Shown: positions 9,760 through 20,214, counted from the stretch's first letter. The stretch is DNA of 64,000 nucleotides from an uncultured virus (IMG/VR IMGVR_UViG_3300032268_001179) (IMGVR_UViG_3300032268_001179); one strand, 5' to 3'. Translations and numbers: made by a program. Notes: a model not told the origin generated them from the sequence alone.

Positions 9760-11196
9760 ATGAAACAAATATTGGCGGAAGAATTAAAGCGAATGCATAC
9801 AATAATTTATGGTGAACAAATTGTTGAGCAAGAAGATTTTATTAGTAGTTTTTTGAAAGGACTCGGTTTTGAAAAAGAAGATGATCCCGAAAAAGCTGAT
9901 TTGGTCGATAATGATGTTCAAGCATTTTATGATACCTTAGAATCCGCGGCTGAGGGGGGAGGAATTTCCGAACAACAAGCTGGTGGGATGGAATATCAAA
10001 AAGATGTAGAATCAATGCAAATTGGTTTGATTCTCCTCGGATACGATCTTCCAAGATTCGGAGTTGATGGTTTGTTTGGACCCGAAACCGCTAATGCGGT
10101 TAAAAAATTCACTAACGATCATGTTTCTGAAAATGGAGATAACAATATCAATGAAACAGTTGAATTAGTAGGATCCAATACAAACCTTATTGGTAGACCT
10201 GGCCAGGGAACACACAGTGCATCTGGTTGGGCAAACAATAACGCTTGGGATGTCGCAGCACCCGTAGGCACTGATGTTCGTTCGTTGACAAGTGGAACCG
10301 TTTCTGCGGTTAAGAAGGGTGATGGAACAATTAAGAAAAGTGGCGTTAAAAAAATATATGGTGATCAAGTAATAGTTAAAAGCAATGATGGGCCAGAAGT
10401 TTTCTACACACATATTGAAAGCAGAGTAAACCAAGGTGATAGTATTCAAAAAGGAGATGTTATAGGTAAAATTATGACATTGCCTGGAATGCCTTCACAC
10501 GTTCACGTCGCACTTTCATATGGTAATTTATCTGATTATACTACGGGATTATCAAATGCAACTGGTGGTTCTGGTTCATCATCAGGTATGGCTAAAGCTT
10601 CAAAGGAAATGTTACTTAAGATGGTTGAACTACTTAAATCCAAAAATATTACCTCAGAAGATTTGAAAAAATTGGTTGACCCATTGGTTGGCCGTGGGAA
10701 CATATCTTTATCAGGTAGTTGGGTGGAAATGACAAAACAACTTTTAAGAAAGTATGAAACTTTCTCTGATACAGCTTCTTGGGATGAAAATGCTTATCGA
10801 GGTGGATATGGATCGGGTAAAAAATTAGTTAATGGAAAATTGGTTGATGTTACCGCTAATACCACGTGGACACTGCAAGAAGCGGAAGATACTTTGGATT
10901 ATGAATTGAAAAATACTTATGGTCCAATTGTTGCCAATCAACTTGGAATTAGTAATTGGGAAAAATTGAACGACAAACAAAAAGCTTCTTTGGTTAGTTT
11001 GGGTTATAACGCTGGTCCATATTATTTGACCGCAAGAGATTATGGAAAAAATATAAAAAATGCGATTGAGAATGGAGATATGGAAGCGGCGGCCGCTTAT
11101 ATTGCTTCAGGACCAACAACGGGAGCAAGTACTGGTCGGTCTTATTCTAGTTTGGCAAGACGAAGAGCATTTGAATCCGAGGTGTTTTTAAGTTAA
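9760..11196 (+). CDS. multidomain peptidoglycan hydrolase: PG-binding + M23-like peptidase + lysozyme-like domain
   Basis: GVDGLFGPETANAV; H..WD and YTH..HVH; LRKYE..SLGYNAG..LARRRAFE. Confidence 0.8.
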   Translation: MKQILAEELKRMHTIIYGEQIVEQEDFISSFLKGLGFEKEDDPEKADLVDNDVQAFYDTLESAAEGGGISEQQAGGMEYQKDVESMQIGLILLGYDLPRFGVDGLFGPETANAVKKFTNDHVSENGDNNINETVELVGSNTNLIGRPGQGTHSASGWANNNAWDVAAPVGTDVRSLTSGTVSAVKKGDGTIKKSGVKKIYGDQVIVKSNDGPEVFYTHIESRVNQGDSIQKGDVIGKIMTLPGMPSHVHVALSYGNLSDYTTGLSNATGGSGSSSGMAKASKEMLLKMVELLKSKNITSEDLKKLVDPLVGRGNISLSGSWVEMTKQLLRKYETFSDTASWDENAYRGGYGSGKKLVNGKLVDVTANTTWTLQEAEDTLDYELKNTYGPIVANQLGISNWEKLNDKQKASLVSLGYNAGPYYLTARDYGKNIKNAIENGDMEAAAAYIASGPTTGASTGRSYSSLARRRAFESEVFLS

Positions 11197-11212
11197 ATTG
11201 ATATTTATATAT

Positions 11213-11614
11213 ATGAAAAAAATTAACTCATTATCAGAATCAGATATCACAAGAATTGTGAACAAAGTTATAAAAGAACAGGAAACCACTGAAGGTCCTT
11301 TAGACTCACTTGGAGACATATATAGAGGTGTTAAAGGAGTCAAAAGAGGGTATGGAATGGACTACTTCCAAAATATGTCAAAACTCGATAGATTGGTTAA
11401 GAAATTAAAGAAATTGGACGAACCAAATGTAAAAGTTATGACAGAGTTAGCAGACTTAAAAACTAAAGTTTCTACGTTAAACATGCCCCAACAAAGAAAA
11501 CAAGCAATTATGAATCTGATTGATAATTCGGTCTATCATTTCAATACTTACAATCGGATCAATGATCAAATCATATCTCAAATTTCATCCTTGAATTTGG
11601 ATAGTTGGCAATAA
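11213..11614 (+). CDS. hypothetical protein, LSESDITRIV motif
   Basis: ORF. Confidence 0.75.
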   Translation: MKKINSLSESDITRIVNKVIKEQETTEGPLDSLGDIYRGVKGVKRGYGMDYFQNMSKLDRLVKKLKKLDEPNVKVMTELADLKTKVSTLNMPQQRKQAIMNLIDNSVYHFNTYNRINDQIISQISSLNLDSWQ

Positions 11615-11725
11615 AAATAATTAAAATAAAAAAATCCCCAATCTGATAAAAGGTTGGGGATTTTTGTTATTTTTGTATCATAAACAAAAAAAATTTATTC
11701 AGGGTCATTTGAACACGTTCAATAA

Positions 11726-12013
11726 ATGAAACATTATGAGGTAGTTGTAAAATTTATTTTACATCAAATCGGGGAGCCAATCGAGTCAGAAAATTTAAGT
11801 AATACACTCATATTCAAAAAATATGGGGAAGAGGTAGGAATCTTATATGAGAATGTGAGACTACAAGCCTACCAATTTTCGATTGACAGAAAATTATATG
11901 AAACTATACTTGGTATGTTTTACTTAGATAAAAAAGAGTTGAACGAAATTTTGAAAAAAATTTTATATAATCTGACAGGAATACAGGTTTCAATCATTGA
12001 AGCCAATATATAA
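11726..12013 (+). CDS. hypothetical protein
   Basis: ORF; distant resemblance to the MKYIITESR family core. Confidence 0.6.
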   Translation: MKHYEVVVKFILHQIGEPIESENLSNTLIFKKYGEEVGILYENVRLQAYQFSIDRKLYETILGMFYLDKKELNEILKKILYNLTGIQVSIIEANI

Positions 12014-12034
12014 AAATTATAAAACAAATTTATT

Positions 12035-12364
12035 ATGGTATCTTTGACTAATCGAGCATTAGACAAATTGGTTTCTTTGATGTTAGAAGATGGAGTTTCA
12101 CCAGAAACCCATAATCTGAGAGTTGGAGTTGTTGGAGGTGGTTGTAGTGGATTATCCTATACGATGAAGTTCGATGATAAAGTTGATCCCACTGACACTC
12201 TTATCGATTTGGAATCTATCAAAGTTTGTGTTAATAAACTATCCCTTCTCTATTTGGCAGGAACCGAATTGGACTATCAAGATGGTTTGAACGGTAAAGG
12301 GTTTGAATGGATAAACCCAAATGCCACAAGAACTTGTGGTTGTGGGGAAAGTTTTAGTGTCTAA
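12035..12364 (+). CDS. iscA: A-type Fe-S cluster assembly protein (HesB/IscA)
   Basis: GGGCSGLSY and NPNA..CGCGESF motifs. Confidence 0.95.
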   Translation: MVSLTNRALDKLVSLMLEDGVSPETHNLRVGVVGGGCSGLSYTMKFDDKVDPTDTLIDLESIKVCVNKLSLLYLAGTELDYQDGLNGKGFEWINPNATRTCGCGESFSV

Positions 12365-12365
12365 T

Positions 12366-13112
12366 TCAAAAAGGGGTGGTTACACCCCTTTTTGATACTA
12401 CAATTGATGCCATTTCATTGGCAAATAAGATGGATTCTTCAATATTTTTTGTCTCGTGATATTTCAAACTGAAGAATGCTGTAAATGTGTCACCAGCACC
12501 ACTAACATCTATGGTTTGTTTGGGAGATGGGGAGTCATAAATGGTTTCATTGTGCTTCGCACCCTTCATACCCAACGTAATTATGAATTTTTCTTTATAA
12601 TTGTCCGCAATTACCTTGTTTCTTTGATATTCATGTTCATTCAACTTTATGAAGTCAAATGACTCAATAATGTCTTTAGAAATGGTTTTTTTGGTGTCAA
12701 TTACGGAAAATTTGGACATTTTTCCGATTTTTACTATAGTTTTTTCGTCTAAAAACCCTTTATTGTAGTCACTAACGATTACAATGTCAGATTCAATAAT
12801 TTCTTCGACTTTTTCGGGAGTGAGGACTAATTTGTCAACATCATCATCACCTTCATCGACTCTCAAAAACATATGATTAGTTTTTTCGTCAACATATCTA
12901 GTTTTTCTGATGGTTTGTTTTTGATTGATCAACCTTGTCTCATAGGATGGATTATATGACAGAATATTTCTTCTAACGTTTCCTGCCATACCCATGTTTG
13001 TATCCAAACTTATATTTGTCAAAATTGGAACTGGAGCTTCAGGGCACATTCTTTTTACTTCTCCATATACAAATATGTCAAAACAAATTTCACCTATTAT
13101 TGTTACTATCAT
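12366..13112 (-). CDS. PfkB-family sugar kinase, HldE/RfaE domain I-like
   Basis: PEAPVP, GMAGNV, SDYNKG, DVSGAGDTF. Confidence 0.9.
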   Translation of the reverse strand: MIVTIIGEICFDIFVYGEVKRMCPEAPVPILTNISLDTNMGMAGNVRRNILSYNPSYETRLINQKQTIRKTRYVDEKTNHMFLRVDEGDDDVDKLVLTPEKVEEIIESDIVIVSDYNKGFLDEKTIVKIGKMSKFSVIDTKKTISKDIIESFDFIKLNEHEYQRNKVIADNYKEKFIITLGMKGAKHNETIYDSPSPKQTIDVSGAGDTFTAFFSLKYHETKNIEESILFANEMASIVVSKRGVTTPF

Positions 13113-13491
13113 AACTTAAAATATCTGTTGTAGAAAACTTTTTTAATCGGTCAAAAATTACAACTTGTTTAGCAAATTCCTGTCCGATTATTTCTTTTCC
13201 AACATAGTCCGACCCAATGATAAACTTATCTGGTTTATATCTCTCAAGAAGTTTTCTCAACATATCATCTGAATTAAAAATGACTACAGCATCCACACCT
13301 TTGATTTGTTTGAGATTGAACGCTCTTTCATTTTCGGAATGGAATGGTCTTCCTTCCCCTTTAATCTTTTTAACTCTTTCATCTGAATCAATTCCTATGA
13401 TTATTTCACCACCAAATGATGCGGCGTATTGTATCAACTTGAAGTGTCCATGATGTAAGATATCAAAACATCCATTCAACCATATTTTCAT
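13090..13491 (-). CDS. nucleotidyltransferase, HldE/RfaE domain II-like
   Basis: NGCFDILHHGH, KG.GRP, GSDY, STT. Confidence 0.9.
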   Translation of the reverse strand: MKIWLNGCFDILHHGHFKLIQYAASFGGEIIIGIDSDERVKKIKGEGRPFHSENERAFNLKQIKGVDAVVIFNSDDMLRKLLERYKPDKFIIGSDYVGKEIIGQEFAKQVVIFDRLKKFSTTDILSYDSNNNR

Positions 13492-13871
13492 TTTGTATCC
13501 CCTTTCCAAATTCTGTAAGAGTCCGAATCAAAATGTTGCGTTGATACTTCGAATATAACTCCTTCGGTTAATGCTTCGAGTTGATGCGGTTGTCCTGGTA
13601 GTTGTCTCACAACATCTCCCACATTGAGAATCTGTTCGTGAACCTCAGCAGTTTCCGTATCAATCCATCTGTAAATAAATTGTCCTTTATCTACATACCA
13701 TGTTTCATCTTTGATCATGTGATAGTGCATTGAAAATTTCAATCCTTCTTTGAAACATAATAATTTACCACAATATAATTCATTATTTGTGATAATGATT
13801 TCTTCTCCCCATCCCTTGGGTATTTTACATGAGGGACATTCAATTACATTATGAACTTTAGGTTTTTCCAT
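13488..13871 (-). CDS. cupin-fold sugar isomerase-like protein
   Basis: KGWG.E, SMHYH..KDETW, EVST.HFD.DSYR. Confidence 0.8.
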   Translation of the reverse strand: MEKPKVHNVIECPSCKIPKGWGEEIIITNNELYCGKLLCFKEGLKFSMHYHMIKDETWYVDKGQFIYRWIDTETAEVHEQILNVGDVVRQLPGQPHQLEALTEGVIFEVSTQHFDSDSYRIWKGDTK

Positions 13872-13914
13872 ATTCAAAATTATAATAAAAAAAAATCAAA
13901 CCTCCATAATAAAC

Positions 13915-14586
13915 TTATTCCGTTATCGACGAATTATGGTGAGTTAAGACATCTTCCACACGGAAATAGTCTGAGTTATGGGGAGTTGTAGTCTCAATCA
14001 TACTTGATAATACCTGATGAAACAATGTTTCTTGAATGAAAATTTGGCTGTCGGCAGAAACTCCTTCTGCATTCAATATTTCTTCCACCTTAGTTTCTTG
14101 TCTCAATTTTTGACGGCGTGTTGAAACAGGTTCACTTTTCAACACCTCTTCCACCTCCATACGGAAGGTGGCAGGAGTTCCTTGTGTGTAAACCACCTCA
14201 CCATTCAATATTTCTTCCATCACTAAGTATTCAAAATTTTGAAGGTCTTCCGTTGAAACAATCCCACCATGTAATACCTCTTTCATCCAAGGACTGTAAC
14301 ACTTTTGACCTGATTGAGATGAAACAACCTTGCCATTTAATACCTCTTCCACCCACTCAATAATTATTGGCACAAACTCACGTTGTTCCATACTGAACAA
14401 TGTGAAAAAATTTTCAAAAAAATCTAATCTCCACCATAGTGTTTTAGTTTTTTTGTAAAGTTCAAGATACCAATATTTTGATTTTGCATCGATGAACCAA
14501 ATAGAACCACTATAGTCGACGATGCTCACCGAAGACAGATCATTAGTAAGTTTTTTCTTGATGATATTTTTAAGACGAGGATGCAT
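13915..14586 (-). CDS. hypothetical protein with C-terminal 22-aa repeats
   Basis: repeated VEEVLN..VST units; N-domain paralogous to 18339..18914. Confidence 0.75.
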   Translation of the reverse strand: MHPRLKNIIKKKLTNDLSSVSIVDYSGSIWFIDAKSKYWYLELYKKTKTLWWRLDFFENFFTLFSMEQREFVPIIIEWVEEVLNGKVVSSQSGQKCYSPWMKEVLHGGIVSTEDLQNFEYLVMEEILNGEVVYTQGTPATFRMEVEEVLKSEPVSTRRQKLRQETKVEEILNAEGVSADSQIFIQETLFHQVLSSMIETTTPHNSDYFRVEDVLTHHNSSITE

Positions 14587-14635
14587 ACTTTTGTTTATTA
14601 AAACAAAGATAGTATTTATATTCAATAAAAAAAAT

Positions 14636-14992
14636 ATGTCAGGAATTTTTAATTATGCCATAAATTTGGAATTTGTATCTGAGGACAAGTCAAAATTGTT
14701 GGAAAATATTTATCGAGAGTTGGATGAAGAAACATCTGAATGTATTATCCTTCGGAAAGTTTTATTGACACCTGAATTGGAAAATGGACAAATTATATTT
14801 TCAGGAATAAACCTTCAAGATTGGGATTATCAATGTGACGAGGAATTGGTTAATAAAGTAATGAATATATCCAAAAAATATAATGGGTTATTTGTTGGGA
14901 AGCTTAAATGGTGGTTTAATGAACATAACTTACTTAAACATATCACATTCTACGATAATGGTAAAATTTCAACTGAGTATCCCTATGAATAA
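14636..14992 (+). CDS. hypothetical protein
   Basis: ORF; start at ATG after TATTTAT. Confidence 0.65.
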   Translation: MSGIFNYAINLEFVSEDKSKLLENIYRELDEETSECIILRKVLLTPELENGQIIFSGINLQDWDYQCDEELVNKVMNISKKYNGLFVGKLKWWFNEHNLLKHITFYDNGKISTEYPYE

Positions 14993-15044
14993 TGTCTAAT
15001 CCCCAAACAATAGGGGATTTTGTTTTTATTAGGTATTTATTGTA

Positions 15045-15539
15045 ATGAAATATATTCTCACCGAATCTCAATATAAGTTATTACAAGAACAACAAGATCA
15101 AAGACCTTTTTTGATCCATTCGATTGATCATTTCGGAGGATGGGATGGATTACAAAAATTTTTGAAATATAAAGGAAATCCTGATTACAGATTGGGTAGC
15201 TATTTGAATCTAACTGAAATGAAGATAAAATCTTTGGGGAATTTAATTTCAATAGATCATGGAGGATTATATCTCTCACTTTCCTATCCAATTAAAACAC
15301 TCGGAAAATTAAGATATATCGAAGGTAGTTGTGATTTGTTCGATTCGAGTATCGAATCTTTAGGAGATCTTGAATATGTAGGTGGATATTTGGATTTGAG
15401 AAAAACTAACGTCGATTCTCTTGGAAAGTTAAAAGAGGTGAAGGATCTTTATTTAGCAGATACTGAATTAGCCCGCATGTATACAAGAAAACAAATTCGT
15501 GAAATGATAAAGATAAACGGTGAATTGGTCATGGTTTAA
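15045..15539 (+). CDS. leucine-rich-repeat-like protein, MKYILTESQ motif
   Basis: repeated I.SLG.L..V.G.L.L. Confidence 0.75.
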   Translation: MKYILTESQYKLLQEQQDQRPFLIHSIDHFGGWDGLQKFLKYKGNPDYRLGSYLNLTEMKIKSLGNLISIDHGGLYLSLSYPIKTLGKLRYIEGSCDLFDSSIESLGDLEYVGGYLDLRKTNVDSLGKLKEVKDLYLADTELARMYTRKQIREMIKINGELVMV

Positions 15540-15561
15540 CCATGGTTTTGTATTTATGACT

Positions 15562-16005
15562 ATGAAATTAATTTCGGAAGACAAGAAACCTGATGAACAA
15601 CAATCTTCAGAATCAAAAATCAAAAAAGATTATGTTTTAACCGAGTCCCAACTTCGAAGAATTATAGAATCGGATTCCGAAGAAAAACTGCATTCTTTAA
15701 TTAAACAATATTTGTTGAAAAGGTATCCACAAATCAAAGATGTTTATTTCAAAACGAAAAAAGTAATGTTTGCAAATACCGAGGGTAAGCCAATAGTTGA
15801 TGTCACCGAACTACAAGTAGTTTTAGATTTGTCAAAGTTGACTTATAAAGATATAGGAATGATTGATGGAGACATAGTACGTGGTGTTAATGGAGTATTT
15901 GATTTGAACATAGGAAATGGATATGAAAATAAATGGCACATAAACTTTCTTAGTAGCGGAAGTTCACTAAGATTCGATAATATTTATGAACCAAATGAGT
16001 CTTAA
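15562..16005 (+). CDS. hypothetical protein with internal YVLTESQL motif
   Basis: ORF. Confidence 0.7.
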   Translation: MKLISEDKKPDEQQSSESKIKKDYVLTESQLRRIIESDSEEKLHSLIKQYLLKRYPQIKDVYFKTKKVMFANTEGKPIVDVTELQVVLDLSKLTYKDIGMIDGDIVRGVNGVFDLNIGNGYENKWHINFLSSGSSLRFDNIYEPNES

Positions 16006-16966
16006 AACAAATTATATTTCCGAGTCAAATGTGGAGGGGAGAATCACTCCTATTATCATCAAATTATTTAACTTCTTGAATACAAAGAAAAAAGAAGCTA
16101 AAAATAAAACTGAACTTTTGAATTTGATCAAAAATTACTTACCATATTTTGGTATACCAAAAGAATATGGGATTTATATGCTTGATCTTTATACTTTAAA
16201 TTTCAGGCCAGATGGAGATTATTCTAATCTTACGGAAGATAATTTTATAGATCCGAGAAAACAAGAGGGTAAAAAAACTCCTAATTATAAATCTGATCTC
16301 TATACCAAAGCTTTATTACCATTTCAAGGATCTAACTTAAGAGGGTATTGGAAAGGAACTGTTGACGGCCCAATTTATATTGTGGAATCCTATGGATGGT
16401 ATCCAGTTTATATTCATAAAAATGGAAAATGGTATGAAGCGTCTGAAAGATACTCTTCTTCTACATCGAAGCAGATGTATCATAGTTTACCATACACCTA
16501 TGATGAGCGTTTAGGGTCAAAGGTTTATTTAGTAACTCGTGATGAAATGGATATGATCGAACAAGGAGGAACTCATCAAGAAGTTATGAAACGAAAAATG
16601 GAAAAATTTAAACAATTTTCTCCATATTTAATTTCTAACAGAATACAGACAATTAAACAACAAAGTTTCAATCCTAACATACCAAATGTGAGCATTAAAT
16701 TCAAAATTTCTTCAGTTGATCAATCTGATGCTGCTAACATTATAAATGTTGATATATATGACGTGGTTAAAACCGAATCAGGAAAAGAAATTCCAACACC
16801 ACAAAATTATCTCAAAGGTGAAATACCAAATCTTACTCCCGAACTAATCGAAATGAAAATTAAAAGCAAATTGAAATCAAATTTGAAAGATTACTTGGGA
16901 TCAGTATTTGACAATGAAAACGAAGAACAAAAGATCAAATTTAGATTTAATCACTTGAAAAAGTGA
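15986..16966 (+). CDS. hypothetical phage protein
   Basis: 326-aa ORF. Confidence 0.75.
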   Translation: MNQMSLKTNYISESNVEGRITPIIIKLFNFLNTKKKEAKNKTELLNLIKNYLPYFGIPKEYGIYMLDLYTLNFRPDGDYSNLTEDNFIDPRKQEGKKTPNYKSDLYTKALLPFQGSNLRGYWKGTVDGPIYIVESYGWYPVYIHKNGKWYEASERYSSSTSKQMYHSLPYTYDERLGSKVYLVTRDEMDMIEQGGTHQEVMKRKMEKFKQFSPYLISNRIQTIKQQSFNPNIPNVSIKFKISSVDQSDAANIINVDIYDVVKTESGKEIPTPQNYLKGEIPNLTPELIEMKIKSKLKSNLKDYLGSVFDNENEEQKIKFRFNHLKK

Positions 16967-17005
16967 AATTAGAATTAATTGATATTTATAAAAAAAGATT
17001 AACAA

Positions 17006-18052
17006 ATGAAAAACAACTCAAATATATTCGAAGAATTAAATAAGATGAAAAATCTTATTCACGCCAAAGCGGGAACTGTTATTTCGGAACAGGATGCCGC
17101 AGTTGCTGGAACAGTTGGGGCATCAACAGGTGCGGTAACTGCAGGAACTGCTGGCACGTCAGGAACTGCTGGTACGGCAGGAACTGCTGGCACGGCAGGA
17201 ACTGCTGGCACGGCAGGAACTGCCGCAGTTGCAGCCGCGAGAACTAGACAACAAAATATCAATTCAATTTATTGTTCTGTAAGAAACGGTATTATTACTA
17301 ATCGAGCATCACAATTCAATGGAACAACATGGGCGTCTTGGAGTTCGAGATTTACTGTAAAACCTCAGGAGACTACTGCAGCTGAAGCCTCATGTCCAAG
17401 AACCGCAACTATTACACCATTAACACCAGCACAAGTAACACAAAAATTTGCGGATTCTGCAAAAACTTTAGGAATACAAAATCCACAAATGGATGTCGCG
17501 ACTCTTCAAACAATTTTGAATACGTTGAATCAAGGCGGATCAGGTCTAACTGAATCTAAAAATCCAGTCAATGAAGAATTGAATATGATGAAATATCTTT
17601 TGGGGTACCAAAGAGGAAAAGTGATTTCTGAACAAGATGCCGCGGCACAAACTTCAGCGGAACAAACTCCAGCGGCACAAACTTCCTCGGAACAAACTCC
17701 AGCGGCACAAACTTCAGCGGAACAAACTCCAGCGGCACAACCCACCGCAACACCTCAAGATTTAATCGGACAAATTCAAACATTGTTGAATACAAAATTT
17801 AAAGCAAAATTGACAGCAGATAAAAAGTGGGGAAATATGACTCAAACTGCATTTGAAACTGCGTTGAAATCAATGGGAGATTTGTCACAGAGAAGAGCTG
17901 CCGAGACACAACAAACAACCACTCAAGACGCGGCAATACAACAAGCCGCGGAAAAAGGGAGAATGGCAATACCTCAAACAAATAATTTACCAACCCAACC
18001 TGGAATTCAACAAAGACCACAAGATAACGCACAATTAACTACAAACATATAA
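17006..18052 (+). CDS. low-complexity putative virion protein (GTA and AAQTSAEQTP repeats, degenerate PG-binding motif)
   Basis: repeats seen; two EELNxMK motifs; ADKKWGNMT. Confidence 0.75.
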   Translation: MKNNSNIFEELNKMKNLIHAKAGTVISEQDAAVAGTVGASTGAVTAGTAGTSGTAGTAGTAGTAGTAGTAGTAAVAAARTRQQNINSIYCSVRNGIITNRASQFNGTTWASWSSRFTVKPQETTAAEASCPRTATITPLTPAQVTQKFADSAKTLGIQNPQMDVATLQTILNTLNQGGSGLTESKNPVNEELNMMKYLLGYQRGKVISEQDAAAQTSAEQTPAAQTSSEQTPAAQTSAEQTPAAQPTATPQDLIGQIQTLLNTKFKAKLTADKKWGNMTQTAFETALKSMGDLSQRRAAETQQTTTQDAAIQQAAEKGRMAIPQTNNLPTQPGIQQRPQDNAQLTTNI

Positions 18053-18109
18053 AAATTTCCCACCTTCAAGGTGGGTTTTTTATTTTAAATTTTTATATTA
18101 TATTTTGGT

Positions 18110-18274
18110 ATGGAAAATGTAAATTTAGTTAAAATAGAAGATCACAAAATCACTCTCAAATACCCAACTGAGAAATTGATTTTTGAGACATTGAAAAACC
18201 ATCATTACGAAGTTGGAACTCAGTTCATAAAGTATAATGGTCAGAAATTTTTTCTTACGAAAATTAAATCTTAA
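18110..18274 (+). CDS. small hypothetical protein
   Basis: 54-aa ORF read manually between two terminators. Confidence 0.55.
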   Translation: MENVNLVKIEDHKITLKYPTEKLIFETLKNHHYEVGTQFIKYNGQKFFLTKIKS

Positions 18275-18338
18275 ACTGAAACCCTCACATTTGTGAGGGT
18301 TTTTTGTATTTATAAATTATGATAAAGAAATTTTTTGA

Positions 18339-18914
18339 GTGGGTTTTAGTTTTTGCCCTCACTTTTGGTATTTTATTCTGCACGTATTTTCTTTATGTGA
18401 TTTATTACATATTTTTTTCTTGGTGGATATAGTTAAGAACAAAAATCTCAGAAAATTTATACAAAAACGTCTATATAATGAACTTTTTGATAAAATTTAT
18501 CACCCTTGTGGTAAAGATTTATGGATTTTGGACTTTGACAAGCCAGAATGGTATTTTCAACTGAGTAGTGAAGGAAATTTACAATATAATCGTAAATTTG
18601 TTGAAGATTTTTTCGGAATTTTTGGATTTGAGAAGAAGACATACGAAAAATTCCTAATTTTTTGGTTTGAAAATGTATTCAATGTTAGAATTATATCCAT
18701 TTCAAGAAGAAATTTCGATATTTCCTTTTATTTTGACGGAATAACTACAAATCCTACGAAAAAATGGTCAGTGAGAGATAGATTTGGATTTTCCTATGGA
18801 TTTATAAGAAAATTTTTGGATTTGAAAAACGAAAGTCCTGATAAAACAGTAAAATTAAAACACTTTTTGGATGAAAGTAAAATTTATAAAGTTTCTGATC
18901 AGGTGGATTGCTAG
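18339..18914 (+). CDS. hypothetical protein, paralogue of the 13915..14586 N-domain (true start possibly GTG 18423)
   Basis: shared W..D....WY..L and F.E.FF..F pattern. Confidence 0.7.
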   Translation: MGFSFCPHFWYFILHVFSLCDLLHIFFLVDIVKNKNLRKFIQKRLYNELFDKIYHPCGKDLWILDFDKPEWYFQLSSEGNLQYNRKFVEDFFGIFGFEKKTYEKFLIFWFENVFNVRIISISRRNFDISFYFDGITTNPTKKWSVRDRFGFSYGFIRKFLDLKNESPDKTVKLKHFLDESKIYKVSDQVDC

Positions 18915-19080
18915 TAATTTATCAATTCCTTTTTGGGTCATTGGTCATGTGCACTTAACAACAAACGTTTACCAAGATTTACACGAAATTTTGATGTCTT
19001 TTGGTATGAATATCATTGTAGCCACAGGTTTTTGGATAGAATGGAAGGAAAAATCTTCAAAAACACCAAAAAACCCTTAA
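18871..19080 (+). CDS. small membrane protein
   Basis: two hydrophobic segments. Confidence 0.65.
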   Translation: MKVKFIKFLIRWIASNLSIPFWVIGHVHLTTNVYQDLHEILMSFGMNIIVATGFWIEWKEKSSKTPKNP

Positions 19081-19598
19081 TTTTCTCTATTTTGGACTCT
19101 ACTTCTTGTTGGTTGTGTCGTAACAGGTATATTTGTTCGTTGTTGAACCCTTGAAGGTGATTCTACCCGACTTGGATTGGTATTTTGAACTCTACTTGGC
19201 TGAGTTCTCTGTGGATATGTGTTGTCAATACGACTTGGTTGACTATTTCTTTGATTTTGTTGAATGGAAGGTATTCTTTCGTATCTTGTAGGTTGTGATG
19301 GTTGAATTCTATTCGGTCTAGCCCCGATAGATTGTCTTCTTTCGTATCTTGTAGGTTGTGATGGTTGAATTCTATTAGGATACACATAATATCTTGGAAT
19401 TACTCGATATGGATACCAATTCCAAGAATTCCAACCCCAAACAGGGTCATTCCATCCCCAAAATGGATTATTATTCCATCCGAAACCAAATGTGGTGGTA
19501 TTACAATCGCAGTTTTTATAAACTACTCGTTGTTGAGTTGAACAAGATGTCATAATAACTAATGACAAAACGAAGATTAATTTTATAATTTGTCTCAT
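19077..19598 (-). CDS. putative lipoprotein with Trp-rich and QPSQPTRYER repeats
   Basis: lipobox MTSC; internal duplication. Confidence 0.7.
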   Translation of the reverse strand: MRQIIKLIFVLSLVIMTSCSTQQRVVYKNCDCNTTTFGFGWNNNPFWGWNDPVWGWNSWNWYPYRVIPRYYVYPNRIQPSQPTRYERRQSIGARPNRIQPSQPTRYERIPSIQQNQRNSQPSRIDNTYPQRTQPSRVQNTNPSRVESPSRVQQRTNIPVTTQPTRSRVQNREN

Positions 19599-19639
19599 AA
19601 CCATACTTTTATGTATTTATAAATATAAATCAGATTACG

Positions 19640-19921
19640 ATGAAAGTCATTATTAGTGAAAATCAATATAAAAAATTAGTTGAAGCAGGGTCAAATAGTG
19701 TTGCCATGGATCTGGATATATACACACAACCTATGCAAACGGATACTGACAATGGTAATTTGGACGTAATTGACGCTAGCGAAGAAGTGATTGACAAGTT
19801 AGAGGAATTGATCTCAATGTTCAAAGGAGGAAAAAAATCTAAGCCACAAATGAAAGGTAAAATTTATAAAGGATTGGATAGCATAAACCAAGCTCACTCT
19901 GAGATTAAATTTGAAAATTGA
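19640..19921 (+). CDS. hypothetical protein, MKVIISENQY motif
   Basis: ORF. Confidence 0.75.
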   Translation: MKVIISENQYKKLVEAGSNSVAMDLDIYTQPMQTDTDNGNLDVIDASEEVIDKLEELISMFKGGKKSKPQMKGKIYKGLDSINQAHSEIKFEN

Positions 19922-19964
19922 TTTACAATACTCTTAGTGGAGATATATTTATAAAAAAAAAGAT

Positions 19965-20159
19965 ATGCCAAATTTATCAAACGAAGAAAGAGCCAAATTA
20001 TACAACGATATGTTGTTCAGATATCAAAGAATGTCAGAAGAAGTAAGGCAAATAAAAGCTAAAAGTTTTGATGTCTCCCTTGAAGACCAACAAAAAATCA
20101 ATTTAATAGAATCAAGAATGAGACAACTATACACAGATACTCAGAGATTATATCTATAA
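19965..20159 (+). CDS. hypothetical protein
   Basis: ORF plus terminator. Confidence 0.7.
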   Translation: MPNLSNEERAKLYNDMLFRYQRMSEEVRQIKAKSFDVSLEDQQKINLIESRMRQLYTDTQRLYL

Positions 20160-20214
20160 ATTTATTACCCCTGTATAAAGGGGTTTTTTTATGCTTATAC
20201 TAAATCAAATAAAA

